Source: an uncultured Kiritimatiellota bacterium (lineage in GTDB: Bacteria; Verrucomicrobiota; Kiritimatiellia; RFP12; UBA1067). Taken from it: 64,000 nt of DNA. Shown piece after piece: positions 53,303-62,289 of this stretch. Position numbers and translations under genes: made by a program. The notes under the pieces were generated by a model. The model made no database searches. It was not told where the DNA came from and saw only the letters and a list, made by a program, of their open reading frames with translations. The stretch covers positions 18,640 through 82,639 of the forward strand of contig CAKTZA010000001.1 of assembly GCA_934635045.1 (NCBI GenBank), in the 5' to 3' direction. Every line of letters begins with the position of its first letter. Position 1 is the first letter of the stretch.

Positions 53303-53303
53303 G

Positions 53304-54149
53304 TCAGAAAACGCAGGTCAGCGAGAGCCCGCAGGGAAAGCACCAGCTGCGGTTGCGCGCGCCGCCGTCCGACTGGCGGATGTAGTTGCGCGACGCCTCG
53401 CGCACATGACGATCGAAGAGGAAGTCGCTGTAGGCGACGAAGCCCGACAGCGTCAGGCGCTCCGTCACGCGCCAGACGAGCGAGATCCCGAAAACCGTGT
53501 CCATCAGCCCCGCCCGGCCGAGACGTCCGACGAGATCCGGCGACGGCAGATATCCCTTGACGCGCTTGCGGTCGCCCCAGCCCTGCGCGACGGACGGCAT
53601 GAGGCTCACGCCCCCTCCCAGCGGAATCTCCTTCGAGAGACTGAAGTTGAGGTAGGTGCCGTTGTCACGGACGGTGTCCCGCTCGTAGGCGAGGCGCGGC
53701 ACAAGCCACAGGTCGGGCAGCGCGACGTCCGCAAGCCAGAACTGCGTGTCTGCGATGTGTGTGCGCGGCGGGTGGTACTCGTAGCGGTAGCCGACGCCGA
53801 CCTCGACGCTCGTCGGCAATCCGCTGATCTCGTCCGGCGAGAACGTGTGCCGCAGGTCGACGGGGAAGTCGATTTCCCAGAAGTCCCACGTGCGGTCGCC
53901 GCGTCCCATGCGCATGCCGATGTCCGTGAGGTCGATGTAGAACTTGCCGCCTGCGGAAAGGCTGTCGAAGAAGGTCAGCTCGCCGGACGGCAGAAGATTC
54001 GGGCGATCCGCGTCGGGGAGGCCGTAGGACAGCACCTTCGACGCGAAGTCCAGCGAAGCCGAGCCGCGCACGAAACCGTCCAGACCCTCGCCGGCACAAG
54101 ACAGCGCACTAAAGACAAATAAGACCGAAGAAAGTCTTTTCATAATCAT
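53304..54149 (-). CDS. Secreted putative outer-membrane beta-barrel protein (281 aa)
   Basis: Signal peptide MIMKRLSSVLFVFSALSCAG, alternating amphipathic strands ('VEVGVGYRYEY', 'GTYLNFSLSKE', 'FGISLVWRV'), and a terminal '...LTCVF'. Confidence 0.65.
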   Translation of the reverse strand: MIMKRLSSVLFVFSALSCAGEGLDGFVRGSASLDFASKVLSYGLPDADRPNLLPSGELTFFDSLSAGGKFYIDLTDIGMRMGRGDRTWDFWEIDFPVDLRHTFSPDEISGLPTSVEVGVGYRYEYHPPRTHIADTQFWLADVALPDLWLVPRLAYERDTVRDNGTYLNFSLSKEIPLGGGVSLMPSVAQGWGDRKRVKGYLPSPDLVGRLGRAGLMDTVFGISLVWRVTERLTLSGFVAYSDFLFDRHVREASRNYIRQSDGGARNRSWCFPCGLSLTCVF

Positions 54150-54158
54150 TTTTTGGGA

Positions 54159-54266
54159 TCTCACACGGAGTGACGGAGGCACGGAGAAAAACCGAAGAAG
54201 TCGGTCGCTACGTCTCTGATCATGATGCCGAATAGAAACTCCGTGGCTCCGTGCCTCCGTGTGAGA
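54159..54266 (-). promoter_or_regulatory. Long structured intercistronic element: ~20-bp interrupted inverted repeat enclosing a small hairpin + U-run
   Basis: The - strand RNA has UCUCACACGGAGGCACGGAG...(about 60 nt)...CUCCGUGCCUCCGUCACUCCGUGUGAGA. The inner sequence ACCGAcuucuUCGGUUUUU forms a small hairpin with a U-run. The element ends 9 nt before the AUG region of the beta-barrel gene. Confidence 0.5.
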
Positions 54267-54274
54267 CAAATCAG

Positions 54275-55681
54275 TCAGATCCCTTTCACGTCAAAAGCTC
54301 CAGTTCCGGAAACGACCGCCTCCGAGACGCCCCTCAGGTTCTTCGCGCGGACGGTCGGGCGGAAGTCCCCCCAGAGGCGGAGCAGCGGGCCCGCGACGCC
54401 CGTAACCGTGACGTTCTCCAGCGCCAGACGCCCGATCTCGGCGCCGCGGACGAGTTCGGCGACAGGCTGGGCAAATGAGATCTCGCAGTCCTTCAGCGTC
54501 AGGTCCAGCTTGACGTCATGGCCCTTCGCCCCGTATGCGCAGAGCGGCAGACGGATGCCCGCGGCCTTCACGCGCTCGAACGTGATGTCCGTCATCGGCA
54601 CGCCGCGCTGCCACTGCTCGTTGTCGTAGTTGTAGTGCAGGAATCGGTCGGCGTTCTCGACCGTGCAGTCGCGCAGGACGATGCGCCGCGCGAAGTCGCG
54701 GATCGGATGCGTGCCGTCCGCGTAGTAGGTGAAGAACGAGAGCATGTTGTTGCGCCCGAGGGACGAGCCGGGCGGCGTCGGCACGCCGGCCTCCTTCTGC
54801 TCCTGCGTGAGGGAGCCGCGAAAGCCCCACTCGCCGGGGCCCTTGATCGTGCAGCGTTCGATCAGCACGTCGTTGCCGCCAAAGCGGAACGCGCTGCAGG
54901 ACGAGTTGACGTAGCAGTCGCGCACCGTCACGCGATGGTTGTCGAACCCCGAAAAGCAGTCGTCGCCCGTCTTGAACGTGCAGTTCTGTATCAGCACGTC
55001 GTCGCACCCGTTGAAATGCACGGCATCATGCCCGCCGAGGCACGTCACGCCGTCGAACGAGAAGCCCTGCACGTCCGCGAGGCGGTGCGCCCAGTTGCCG
55101 GTGTTGTTCACCGTGTAGCCCCGGAAGGTCAGGTTCGTGCAGTCGATGGCGTTGATGCCGAGCGGGCCGCGATAGAACTCCTCTCCCGCCGGGTCGTAGG
55201 GGTTGGCCCCGTCGATGAGACTGTCCGGCTCGCCGACGATCGCCGCATCCGTCGCCTTGTAGAGGCGGATGAGCGCGTTGTTCCAGCGGCTTCCCGGATA
55301 GCGCCAGATCGTGTCCTTGTAGGTCGTGTCGCTCTGATACCAGCGCTCGTGCGAGACGATCTTCGGATCGACAGGCTCGACCGTGTCCCTTTCGAGGATG
55401 TAGTATTTCTCGATGTCGCGCGAGCCGAGCAGTCGGCAGCCCGATTCCAGGTAGAGCGTGACGCGGCTGCGCAGGCGTAGGCCGCCGACCTTCCACGTGC
55501 CCTTCGCGAGCCGCACCGTGCCGCCGCCCGCGCGGAAGCAGTCGTCGATTGCGCCCTGGACGGCGCGCGTCGCGTCGCCTTCGACAGGCGAGGGGCGGAC
55601 GGTCTGCCGCGCGCCCCCCAACGAGCAGCAGCCGGCAAGAAAGGCCGCCGCCAATACACACGCTTTGACTGCAGTCTTCAT
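54275..55681 (-). CDS. Right-handed beta-helix glycoside hydrolase, GH28-like lipoprotein
   Basis: Lipobox 'LAAAFLAGCC'. 'GHDAVHFNGCDDVLIQNCTFKTGDDCFSGF', 'SSCSAFRFGG'. ATGA overlap with the upstream gene. Confidence 0.75.
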   Translation of the reverse strand: MKTAVKACVLAAAFLAGCCSLGGARQTVRPSPVEGDATRAVQGAIDDCFRAGGGTVRLAKGTWKVGGLRLRSRVTLYLESGCRLLGSRDIEKYYILERDTVEPVDPKIVSHERWYQSDTTYKDTIWRYPGSRWNNALIRLYKATDAAIVGEPDSLIDGANPYDPAGEEFYRGPLGINAIDCTNLTFRGYTVNNTGNWAHRLADVQGFSFDGVTCLGGHDAVHFNGCDDVLIQNCTFKTGDDCFSGFDNHRVTVRDCYVNSSCSAFRFGGNDVLIERCTIKGPGEWGFRGSLTQEQKEAGVPTPPGSSLGRNNMLSFFTYYADGTHPIRDFARRIVLRDCTVENADRFLHYNYDNEQWQRGVPMTDITFERVKAAGIRLPLCAYGAKGHDVKLDLTLKDCEISFAQPVAELVRGAEIGRLALENVTVTGVAGPLLRLWGDFRPTVRAKNLRGVSEAVVSGTGAFDVKGI

Positions 55682-57678
55682 TCGTTCCCCCTTTCCTGAA
55701 AGCCCGCCGTGTCTCCCCCCGCGTCGAGGCGCCTCACGCCCTTCAGCCGCGCGCCGCTGAAATAGACGGGCTCGTCTGACAGCTTCAGCTCAAAGGCGTT
55801 CACGCCCGACGCTTTGCCGGCGACCGGCTTCCCCATCATGTCCGCGAATGTCACGCCCGGGCCGTCAAAGGCCAGCGTCCGGACGCGCCGGCCCGTCGTC
55901 TGCCAGAGCATTCCGCAGGCCGTGCCGTCCGGGCGCGTCCACTGCGGGCAGTAGAGGCCGTCGTGCAGCCACTCGTCTGTCCGCTGCGCCGAGCCGGGCG
56001 GGCGCATCTGCGCAAACGTGCGATAGGCCTGCCACGCGGGCTTCGGCCTGAGGTCGGCGTGCGCCAGGCCGAAGTGCTCCTCGCTGAAGAAGCGGTCGGC
56101 CTCGTGGGCGCGCAGGTTGTAGCAGAAGAAGCCTTCGACGCCGCAGGCCAGCGACAGCGACAGCGCCCGCACATGGTACGCCGCCTGCGTCCGCTCGTCC
56201 ACCGGCTGGGCCGCCGCCGCGCCCGACGGGATGCCGCCGATCACGGCCGCGCCCTTGAGGTCGCTGTCGAAGCGGTAGACGCAGACGGCCACCGCGTCCT
56301 TGCCGTTCTGGGGGTTCGTCCCCTTCACGAGCGGGACCCAGGTGTCGCCCGGACGCAAGTGGCGGTCCGTGAAGAAGTGGACGCACGGGAACCCGGTCGG
56401 CGGCTGCTTGACGCCGCCGGAGAGCCCTTCGGGCGTCCCGTAGACGGTCAGGATGCCGTCCTTCGGCAGCTCGCTGCCGGGCAGCCACCACGAGTCGCAG
56501 TGGATGTGGAGGCGCTTGCAGAGGTTCCAGTCCGTCGGGCCGTTCGCGAGGCTCGACCCGCCGTCCGGCAGGCTGCGGTAGGCGCGCCAGAACGGCATGC
56601 CGCCCAGCTCGACGATCGTCCCGCCCGCCTTCACGAAGGCGTACACCGCCTCGAACGTGTCGGCCGGAAACGACTCGTCAAGCGGGTAGACCACGGCGTC
56701 CCAGCCGCCTTCCGCCAGCCGCCGGACCGTCTCGCGCGGGCCGCAGACGCGCACCTCGGACCCCGCCGGGAAAGCCGCCTTCAGGCCGTCGGCAAGGCCG
56801 CGCGCCACAGGCCGGCCGTCGGGCATCGACGCGGCGAAGATCACGCGCCAGGGCCGGCGCCGGCCCAGCGCGACCGTCAGCCCGGCCGTGACGAATCCGC
56901 CCGGGTCCGAGAGGCTGGCCTCATGCGTCGGCCAGCCGACCTCCGTGAACCAGATCGGCTTGGCGGCGTCGCCATGCCGCGCCATCCGCGCGCGAAGGGC
57001 CTTGAGCCCGTCGGGCACCGAGACCTCCGCCGGCCGCGGATACGTGTAGGGATGCACGTTCATGATGTCGAAGAACGGCTGCGCGCCGGCCTTGTAGCAC
57101 GCCTCGATGAAGTCGGGAGCCCATCCCGCCGTGCCGCCGAAGGCGACGCGGACCTGGGGGTTCTCCGCCTTGATCGCCTCATGCGCCTTGCGCAGCAGGG
57201 CCACGTAGCGGGAGGCGTCCGGGTCTTTCCAGAACGCGGGAATGTTCTGCTCGTTCCAGATTTCCAGCACCGGCAGGCGCAGGCCGTAACGGCGCACGGT
57301 CGCGCGGCAGAATGCCGCATAGGCGTCAGCGTTCCTCCAGGCCGGATCGGCCCATTTCGGCGTGCCGTAGACGATCGGCAGGAGCCTCACGCCACGCGCT
57401 TCCGCCGCCTCGACCAGGCGGTCATACCTGGAGAAGTCGAACGCGGCGTCCCTCGTCGGCTGGCAGACGCGCCAGTCCCAGTCCACGCGCACGTACCCCA
57501 GCCCGCCCTTCTGCGCAAGGTCCAGCAGCTCCTCGCGCATCCCGTACTCGGAGCGCGTGAGGTCGGCGACGACGCCATAGGGGACTGCCCGCCGCGCGTC
57601 GGCGCTTCCGCACAGGGCCGCCGCCGCCAGGGCAACAAGCCCCCGCCAGCCCGCCGCAAAACCATTTCTGCCGTTCAT
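55678..57678 (-). CDS. Clan GH-A (beta/alpha)8 glycoside hydrolase (GH5/GH39-like) with a GATase-like C-terminal module
   Basis: Acid/base 'VLEIWNEQN' and nucleophile 'PIWFTEVGWP'. 'WDAVVYPLDESFPADTFEAVYAFVKAGGTIVELGG'. GGGAGGA lies before the ATG. Confidence 0.8.
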   Translation of the reverse strand: MNGRNGFAAGWRGLVALAAAALCGSADARRAVPYGVVADLTRSEYGMREELLDLAQKGGLGYVRVDWDWRVCQPTRDAAFDFSRYDRLVEAAEARGVRLLPIVYGTPKWADPAWRNADAYAAFCRATVRRYGLRLPVLEIWNEQNIPAFWKDPDASRYVALLRKAHEAIKAENPQVRVAFGGTAGWAPDFIEACYKAGAQPFFDIMNVHPYTYPRPAEVSVPDGLKALRARMARHGDAAKPIWFTEVGWPTHEASLSDPGGFVTAGLTVALGRRRPWRVIFAASMPDGRPVARGLADGLKAAFPAGSEVRVCGPRETVRRLAEGGWDAVVYPLDESFPADTFEAVYAFVKAGGTIVELGGMPFWRAYRSLPDGGSSLANGPTDWNLCKRLHIHCDSWWLPGSELPKDGILTVYGTPEGLSGGVKQPPTGFPCVHFFTDRHLRPGDTWVPLVKGTNPQNGKDAVAVCVYRFDSDLKGAAVIGGIPSGAAAAQPVDERTQAAYHVRALSLSLACGVEGFFCYNLRAHEADRFFSEEHFGLAHADLRPKPAWQAYRTFAQMRPPGSAQRTDEWLHDGLYCPQWTRPDGTACGMLWQTTGRRVRTLAFDGPGVTFADMMGKPVAGKASGVNAFELKLSDEPVYFSGARLKGVRRLDAGGDTAGFQERGNE

Positions 57679-57696
57679 TTCACGAATCCTCCCGAT

Positions 57697-60600
57697 TTAA
57701 CGCACGAGAAAAAGAAAGCCCGTTTCGTCTTCAAACGGCGAAAAGGCGACGCCGACATCCTCGCCGTCCTCCCCGGCCTTCGCATAGGCGAACGTGAGGC
57801 GGTTCGGGATCGCCGTCTCGACCGGCAGGCGCACGTCCCCGTCAGCGGCGGAGAACGACAGGGGCGGCACACCTTCGACCGCGACCTGCAGGACCCCGCC
57901 GCCCGTCACGCGGAAATTGGCAAAGCGCCGACGCCGGCCGCCCGGCGTCCCGTTCCATTCGCACGTGACGGACCCCTCGCGCAAGAGCAATCCGCCATCC
58001 GCCAGGACGGCGTCAGGGCTGGCCTCAAGGACCTGGAGCTTGCGCGGCCGCAGCGTCTTGCCGAACGCCGGACGCCAGTCGAACTCGTAGGCCCCGGCGT
58101 CGACGCGCCCGTTGTAGACGCGCGCGCCGCCCCCGCAGTCTGTCGCCGTCAGCCGGTCCTCCGCAAGCCAGTCATCGCACCCGGCGTCGATCGCCTTGTT
58201 GCCGGGCAGCAGACGGCCGTCGGCATCCACCAGTAGCTCGGCCGCCGCGAAGCGGAGGTTGTTCGACGACGTCGCCTCGTCGAACCCGACCGAACCCGCC
58301 GCGTCAAGGACGATGTTGTCGCTTGAGTCCCGGTAGGCTTTGACCGTCGCCGCCGGCCGCGTCGGCGAAAGGATTAGGCAGTTGCGGATGCCCCGGCAGG
58401 TGTCGCTGAAGACGGAGCCGAGCAGAAGCCCGCCGTTGACGAAGACGATCACGCAGTTCGGGCCGACCGTGCAGTTGCGGATGTCCGCGCAGTCCGCAAA
58501 CGGCACGTCCGAACACCGGTCGGCATAGCAACTGAAGAGCCGCGCGGACGCCGCGGCGCCGCCTTTGCTCAGCGCGAGGTTCCCGTCGAAACGGCAGCGC
58601 ACGTAAGTCCCCCCGAAGCCCGTGCCGACGAAGCCGTGACATCCCGTCATGACGCAATCGCGCACAAGCGACGTCTCCGCGGCGAGGACGCCGGAGCCTG
58701 CCGAGGCGTCGTCGGCGCGATCCGTGTCGTCCGTGTCGCCTTCGCGAAGCGTAAAGCCTTCGAGGCGGGCGCCCTCGCAGAGCGTCACGCAGCGCATCGC
58801 GTCCGGCCCAAGCCTGAAATAGGCGCCCCAATACCCGTTCAGGCTTTGGCGCGGCACGCTGTCCCGCACGCCCGTGATGAACGTCGCGGAGGGCCCTTCG
58901 TCGGCGACGAGCGCCACGCCGGGCGGGACAACCACGCGCGAGGCGTGCTCCACCCCGTTCGTCGAACGCCGGAGAATCGGCATCTCGTGCCGCATGAGCC
59001 CCTCGTTGTAGTCGCCGGGCGCCGCGTGCACCACATCGCCCGGCACCGCATGCGCCATCACGCCGGCCAGCGTGCGCTTGGGCGTCCCCTCGCTCCAGCC
59101 GTCCTTCGCGTCATCGCCGACGGCGGCATCGGCGTTCACGTACCAGTTGGTGGCGTAGACGGCCGTGAGCGCGAGGAGAACGCTGTCCCCGTCGCGCGGC
59201 GTCCACGAATAGGACGTTCCGCACGTGTCGCGGGGGACGAACGTGCCGTTGACGTCAAAGCCGAGGAAGTTGCGCGTCGCGGCGTCCGTCGCCGCAAAGG
59301 AGACCGTCTCGCCGGGATTCGCCGCAAAAGACCCTGCGGGCTCGATGCCGCGTCCGCCGTTCGCCGCAGCCGTGAAGCCGAGGCCCAGGCGCACGAATGC
59401 GCCCGCCGTGACGGGGCCGTCCGCGTAGCGCGGCGCGCTGCCGTCCAGCGACGACAGGGCCACCGCCAGGACATTGCCGTTCACGACGCCGCAGTCCGCC
59501 GCCTCTGACGAGGCCGGCACGGAGAAGTCGTCCAGGAGGAGCGGGTCCACGGCGTTTCCGCCCGACGTCCCGTCCGGAATCCCGGGCTGCGGGCACGCCC
59601 TGAACACGCAGTTGTAGACGTTCCCGCCTTCGACGACGCGCCGGCCGGGCCGGCTGTCGCGGAACGTCGTCTGCACGACGCGGCTGTTCGCCGCCGGGTC
59701 CAGGTAGACCGCCTTCCCGCTCACGACCAGCGAGCCGTCCACGTCCTCGTTGTCGCAGACGAGGCACTGCGAAAGGCTGCTGGCGTATGCCAACGTGCCG
59801 TGGCAGCGAATCCCCGCGGATTCATAGGTCGTGCCCTGATAGACGAAGACCTTGTTCGTCTCCAGCGAGGGATCGACCGTCCGGTTCCGCGTGATGACGC
59901 AACGGCGCGCCAGCACATTCGCGAGAGCGGCGTGCCGGTAGGCCACGTTGTTGGAGATGATGCAGTCGATCGCCTGCACGTGCTGCTGCCGCCAGCCTTC
60001 CCAGCTCCGGCCGCAGATGCCGGCCGCCGCCCAGTTGTAGGCCTGCCAGTCGTCCGCCGACTTGATGCTGCAGGCCGGGTTCGCGTCATGTCGCGCGAAC
60101 TGGTAGGGATACGACTTGCCGTCCGGATCCGAATCCGTCGCCCCGCCGGTGATCGTGAAGCCCTGAATCGCCACGTACCTGTCGCCGGACACGCCGACGC
60201 ACCGCAGGGCGCCGGCGCCGCAGCCCCTGTTGACGAAGCCCTCCTGGTCGGTGCTGAAACGCCCGCGGATCACCGTCTTTTCGGCGCCCTCGACCGCACA
60301 CAGGCGGACATTCCGCGAAAGCGTCACGCGGCACTTGGTCGACCGGATCCAGTCGGCGTCCGTCATGGCGTCGCCCTCGCCCTCGGCATACACGCCCGCC
60401 TTCGCGAAGATCACGCCGTTCTCGGACGAGATGTCGTTCGCCTTCTGAAGCGTGCGCACGGGCGCTTCGCGCGTGCCGGGATTGCCGTCATCGCCCGCCT
60501 CGGCGTCAGCCCAGACGACGCTCGCCGCCCGCCGGATCGCGTAGAGCGCCTCTGCCGTCCCGTCAGGCTCGACATACAGCTCCGCAACGCCCGTCATCCC

Positions 60601-62241
60601 GTCCGGATAGAGATAGCGGTAGGACGTCGCGTGGCCGTTCACCGTCTCCCCGGGCGTGTCGGTCGCATAGGCGTAAAGCGCCTCCCCCTCGTCCAGCAGG
60701 GTCTCGACAAGGACACGCGCGCCAACCGCGCCGGACACATGGTCCGTGCCGCGCGAATCCTTCATCCGGACGCGACGGCCGTTCAGGCGGTAGGCCGCGC
60801 CGCCGTCGGAAAAGCGGTAGCGCCGCCCCGGCTCGACGCCGCCCTCGAAGGCGCCCATGTCCACGCATTCGCCCTGACGGCGGGGCGCGCCGGCGAAGTC
60901 GCGATCGAGGTATTCGTCGGGGATCACGCCCGCGCAGGCGACGGCAATCCACTCGTTGCTCCCCTGCCCGACGAGCGCGCTGCCGGCGCGCAGCCGGAAG
61001 TCCGTGTAGGGGGAGACGAGCTGCGCCCATCCGAACGCGTCGATCCTGGCGGACGGGTCCTCCTGGTTCGCGTCGAAGTCGTAATTGTTGTTGCCGCCCT
61101 GCAAGTGGCGTTCGGCGGGATGCTTCGCGCCCCAGTCGCCTCCGATGTTCCGCTTCCCGTTCGGCATCGACCCGTTCGCGTTCATCGCGCTGTTCCAGAT
61201 GGACAGCCCCTGGTTGTCGACGAACCTGAACATCGAGCTTGCGTCGAAGAACACGCAGTTGTAGAAGCCGACCTTGCCGGTGTAGTCCGGCGAGTTCACG
61301 TCGCCCAGCATCTTCGTGTTGACGCCATTCCCGTAGTTGACGGCCATTGTGCAGTTGACGAAGTTGACGACGCGCGAAAGGTCTGCGCCGATCACCGTGT
61401 CCGTGAGGCTGAACGACTGGTCGGCCTTTCCGCCGCACGCCACGAAAAGGGAGCTGAACGCCCCCAGGACGCCCCGCACGGCGCCGCCCTGCTGCACGCC
61501 CGCGCGGCATCGGTCGACCATCGTGCGGACCAGCGCGAACGGCCCCTCCAGCGCGCCGCCCGCATAGCCTGCACGGCAGTCTTCCACCGTCACGTCCACG
61601 AGGCAGATGCGCGCGCCCGCGTTCCCGAGGAAGAGCATCCCGCCACCGCGCGCGACAAGGTTGGCCCCCGTCTGCGCGAGGCGCGTCTTGTCCCCCGATG
61701 CCGTCGTCACGAACGGCCAGACGGCCTCGTCCGTCGTGGTCTGCTGGAGGTCTGCCGCGGCCGTGCGCCCGCCCGCGACCGTCAGGCCCTCCACAAGCGA
61801 CCCGTCCGCGCCTTCGGCAAAGAGGATCCCCCGCACGGCCGCCGCGCCGCAGCCGTCCGCGTCGGGCGCCTCGGCGGACGCCCCCCGGATGACGGTCTTG
61901 TCGCGTCCCGCGCCGACAAGGCGAAGCCGCTTGTCGACGACCACGCGCGAAAGCGTCGTCTGCCCGCCGATCTCGTGCGCGGTCACGCCAGCGGCGTACT
62001 CACCCCGGCCGATCCGGACCGTGTCGCCCGCCGACGCCGCGCGGACGGCATCGCCGACCGAGCCGAAGGGAGACGCTTCCGACCCGTCGCCGCCTGTCAC
62101 GGCATGCGCGCTGACGTGCCATGTCCGGCCGTTCTCGAACTGAGAGGCGAGCGTCGCCGCCTGGCCTCTCGAAGCGGCCGCGAATCCCGCCAGGCACGCC
62201 AGCATCCCGGCGCACACCACACCTGCTGTCTTCAGACGCAT
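57697..62241 (-). CDS. Giant (1514-aa) secreted protein built from three tandem right-handed beta-helix modules; ends ...GFLFLVR
   Basis: Signal peptide MRLKTAGVVCAGMLACLAGFAAA. Three DUF1565-like module heads: 'WHVSAHAVTGGDGSEASPFGSVGDAVRAASAGDTVRIGRGEY', 'VVWADAEAGDDGNPGTREAPVRTLQKANDISSENGVIFAKAGVY', 'WYVNADAAVGDDAKDGWSEGTPKRTLAGVMAHAVPGDVVHAAPGDY'. GAGGAGGG lies before the ATG. Confidence 0.85.
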   Translation of the reverse strand: MRLKTAGVVCAGMLACLAGFAAASRGQAATLASQFENGRTWHVSAHAVTGGDGSEASPFGSVGDAVRAASAGDTVRIGRGEYAAGVTAHEIGGQTTLSRVVVDKRLRLVGAGRDKTVIRGASAEAPDADGCGAAAVRGILFAEGADGSLVEGLTVAGGRTAAADLQQTTTDEAVWPFVTTASGDKTRLAQTGANLVARGGGMLFLGNAGARICLVDVTVEDCRAGYAGGALEGPFALVRTMVDRCRAGVQQGGAVRGVLGAFSSLFVACGGKADQSFSLTDTVIGADLSRVVNFVNCTMAVNYGNGVNTKMLGDVNSPDYTGKVGFYNCVFFDASSMFRFVDNQGLSIWNSAMNANGSMPNGKRNIGGDWGAKHPAERHLQGGNNNYDFDANQEDPSARIDAFGWAQLVSPYTDFRLRAGSALVGQGSNEWIAVACAGVIPDEYLDRDFAGAPRRQGECVDMGAFEGGVEPGRRYRFSDGGAAYRLNGRRVRMKDSRGTDHVSGAVGARVLVETLLDEGEALYAYATDTPGETVNGHATSYRYLYPDGMTGVAELYVEPDGTAEALYAIRRAASVVWADAEAGDDGNPGTREAPVRTLQKANDISSENGVIFAKAGVYAEGEGDAMTDADWIRSTKCRVTLSRNVRLCAVEGAEKTVIRGRFSTDQEGFVNRGCGAGALRCVGVSGDRYVAIQGFTITGGATDSDPDGKSYPYQFARHDANPACSIKSADDWQAYNWAAAGICGRSWEGWRQQHVQAIDCIISNNVAYRHAALANVLARRCVITRNRTVDPSLETNKVFVYQGTTYESAGIRCHGTLAYASSLSQCLVCDNEDVDGSLVVSGKAVYLDPAANSRVVQTTFRDSRPGRRVVEGGNVYNCVFRACPQPGIPDGTSGGNAVDPLLLDDFSVPASSEAADCGVVNGNVLAVALSSLDGSAPRYADGPVTAGAFVRLGLGFTAAANGGRGIEPAGSFAANPGETVSFAATDAATRNFLGFDVNGTFVPRDTCGTSYSWTPRDGDSVLLALTAVYATNWYVNADAAVGDDAKDGWSEGTPKRTLAGVMAHAVPGDVVHAAPGDYNEGLMRHEMPILRRSTNGVEHASRVVVPPGVALVADEGPSATFITGVRDSVPRQSLNGYWGAYFRLGPDAMRCVTLCEGARLEGFTLREGDTDDTDRADDASAGSGVLAAETSLVRDCVMTGCHGFVGTGFGGTYVRCRFDGNLALSKGGAAASARLFSCYADRCSDVPFADCADIRNCTVGPNCVIVFVNGGLLLGSVFSDTCRGIRNCLILSPTRPAATVKAYRDSSDNIVLDAAGSVGFDEATSSNNLRFAAAELLVDADGRLLPGNKAIDAGCDDWLAEDRLTATDCGGGARVYNGRVDAGAYEFDWRPAFGKTLRPRKLQVLEASPDAVLADGGLLLREGSVTCEWNGTPGGRRRRFANFRVTGGGVLQVAVEGVPPLSFSAADGDVRLPVETAIPNRLTFAYAKAGEDGEDVGVAFSPFEDETGFLFLVR

Positions 62242-62289
62242 AATGAACCCTCCTCTTGCTTTAAGACGCTTCAGCGTACCCCGCCGCCG

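Noticed and set aside
44141-53303. Direct repeats flanking the low-GC island (e.g. CCGACAGGCC at 44.25 kb versus GGGACAGGCC at 53.17 kb).
   Set aside because: The match is only 8-9 nt and imperfect, which is within chance expectation. It cannot be called an attL/attR pair.
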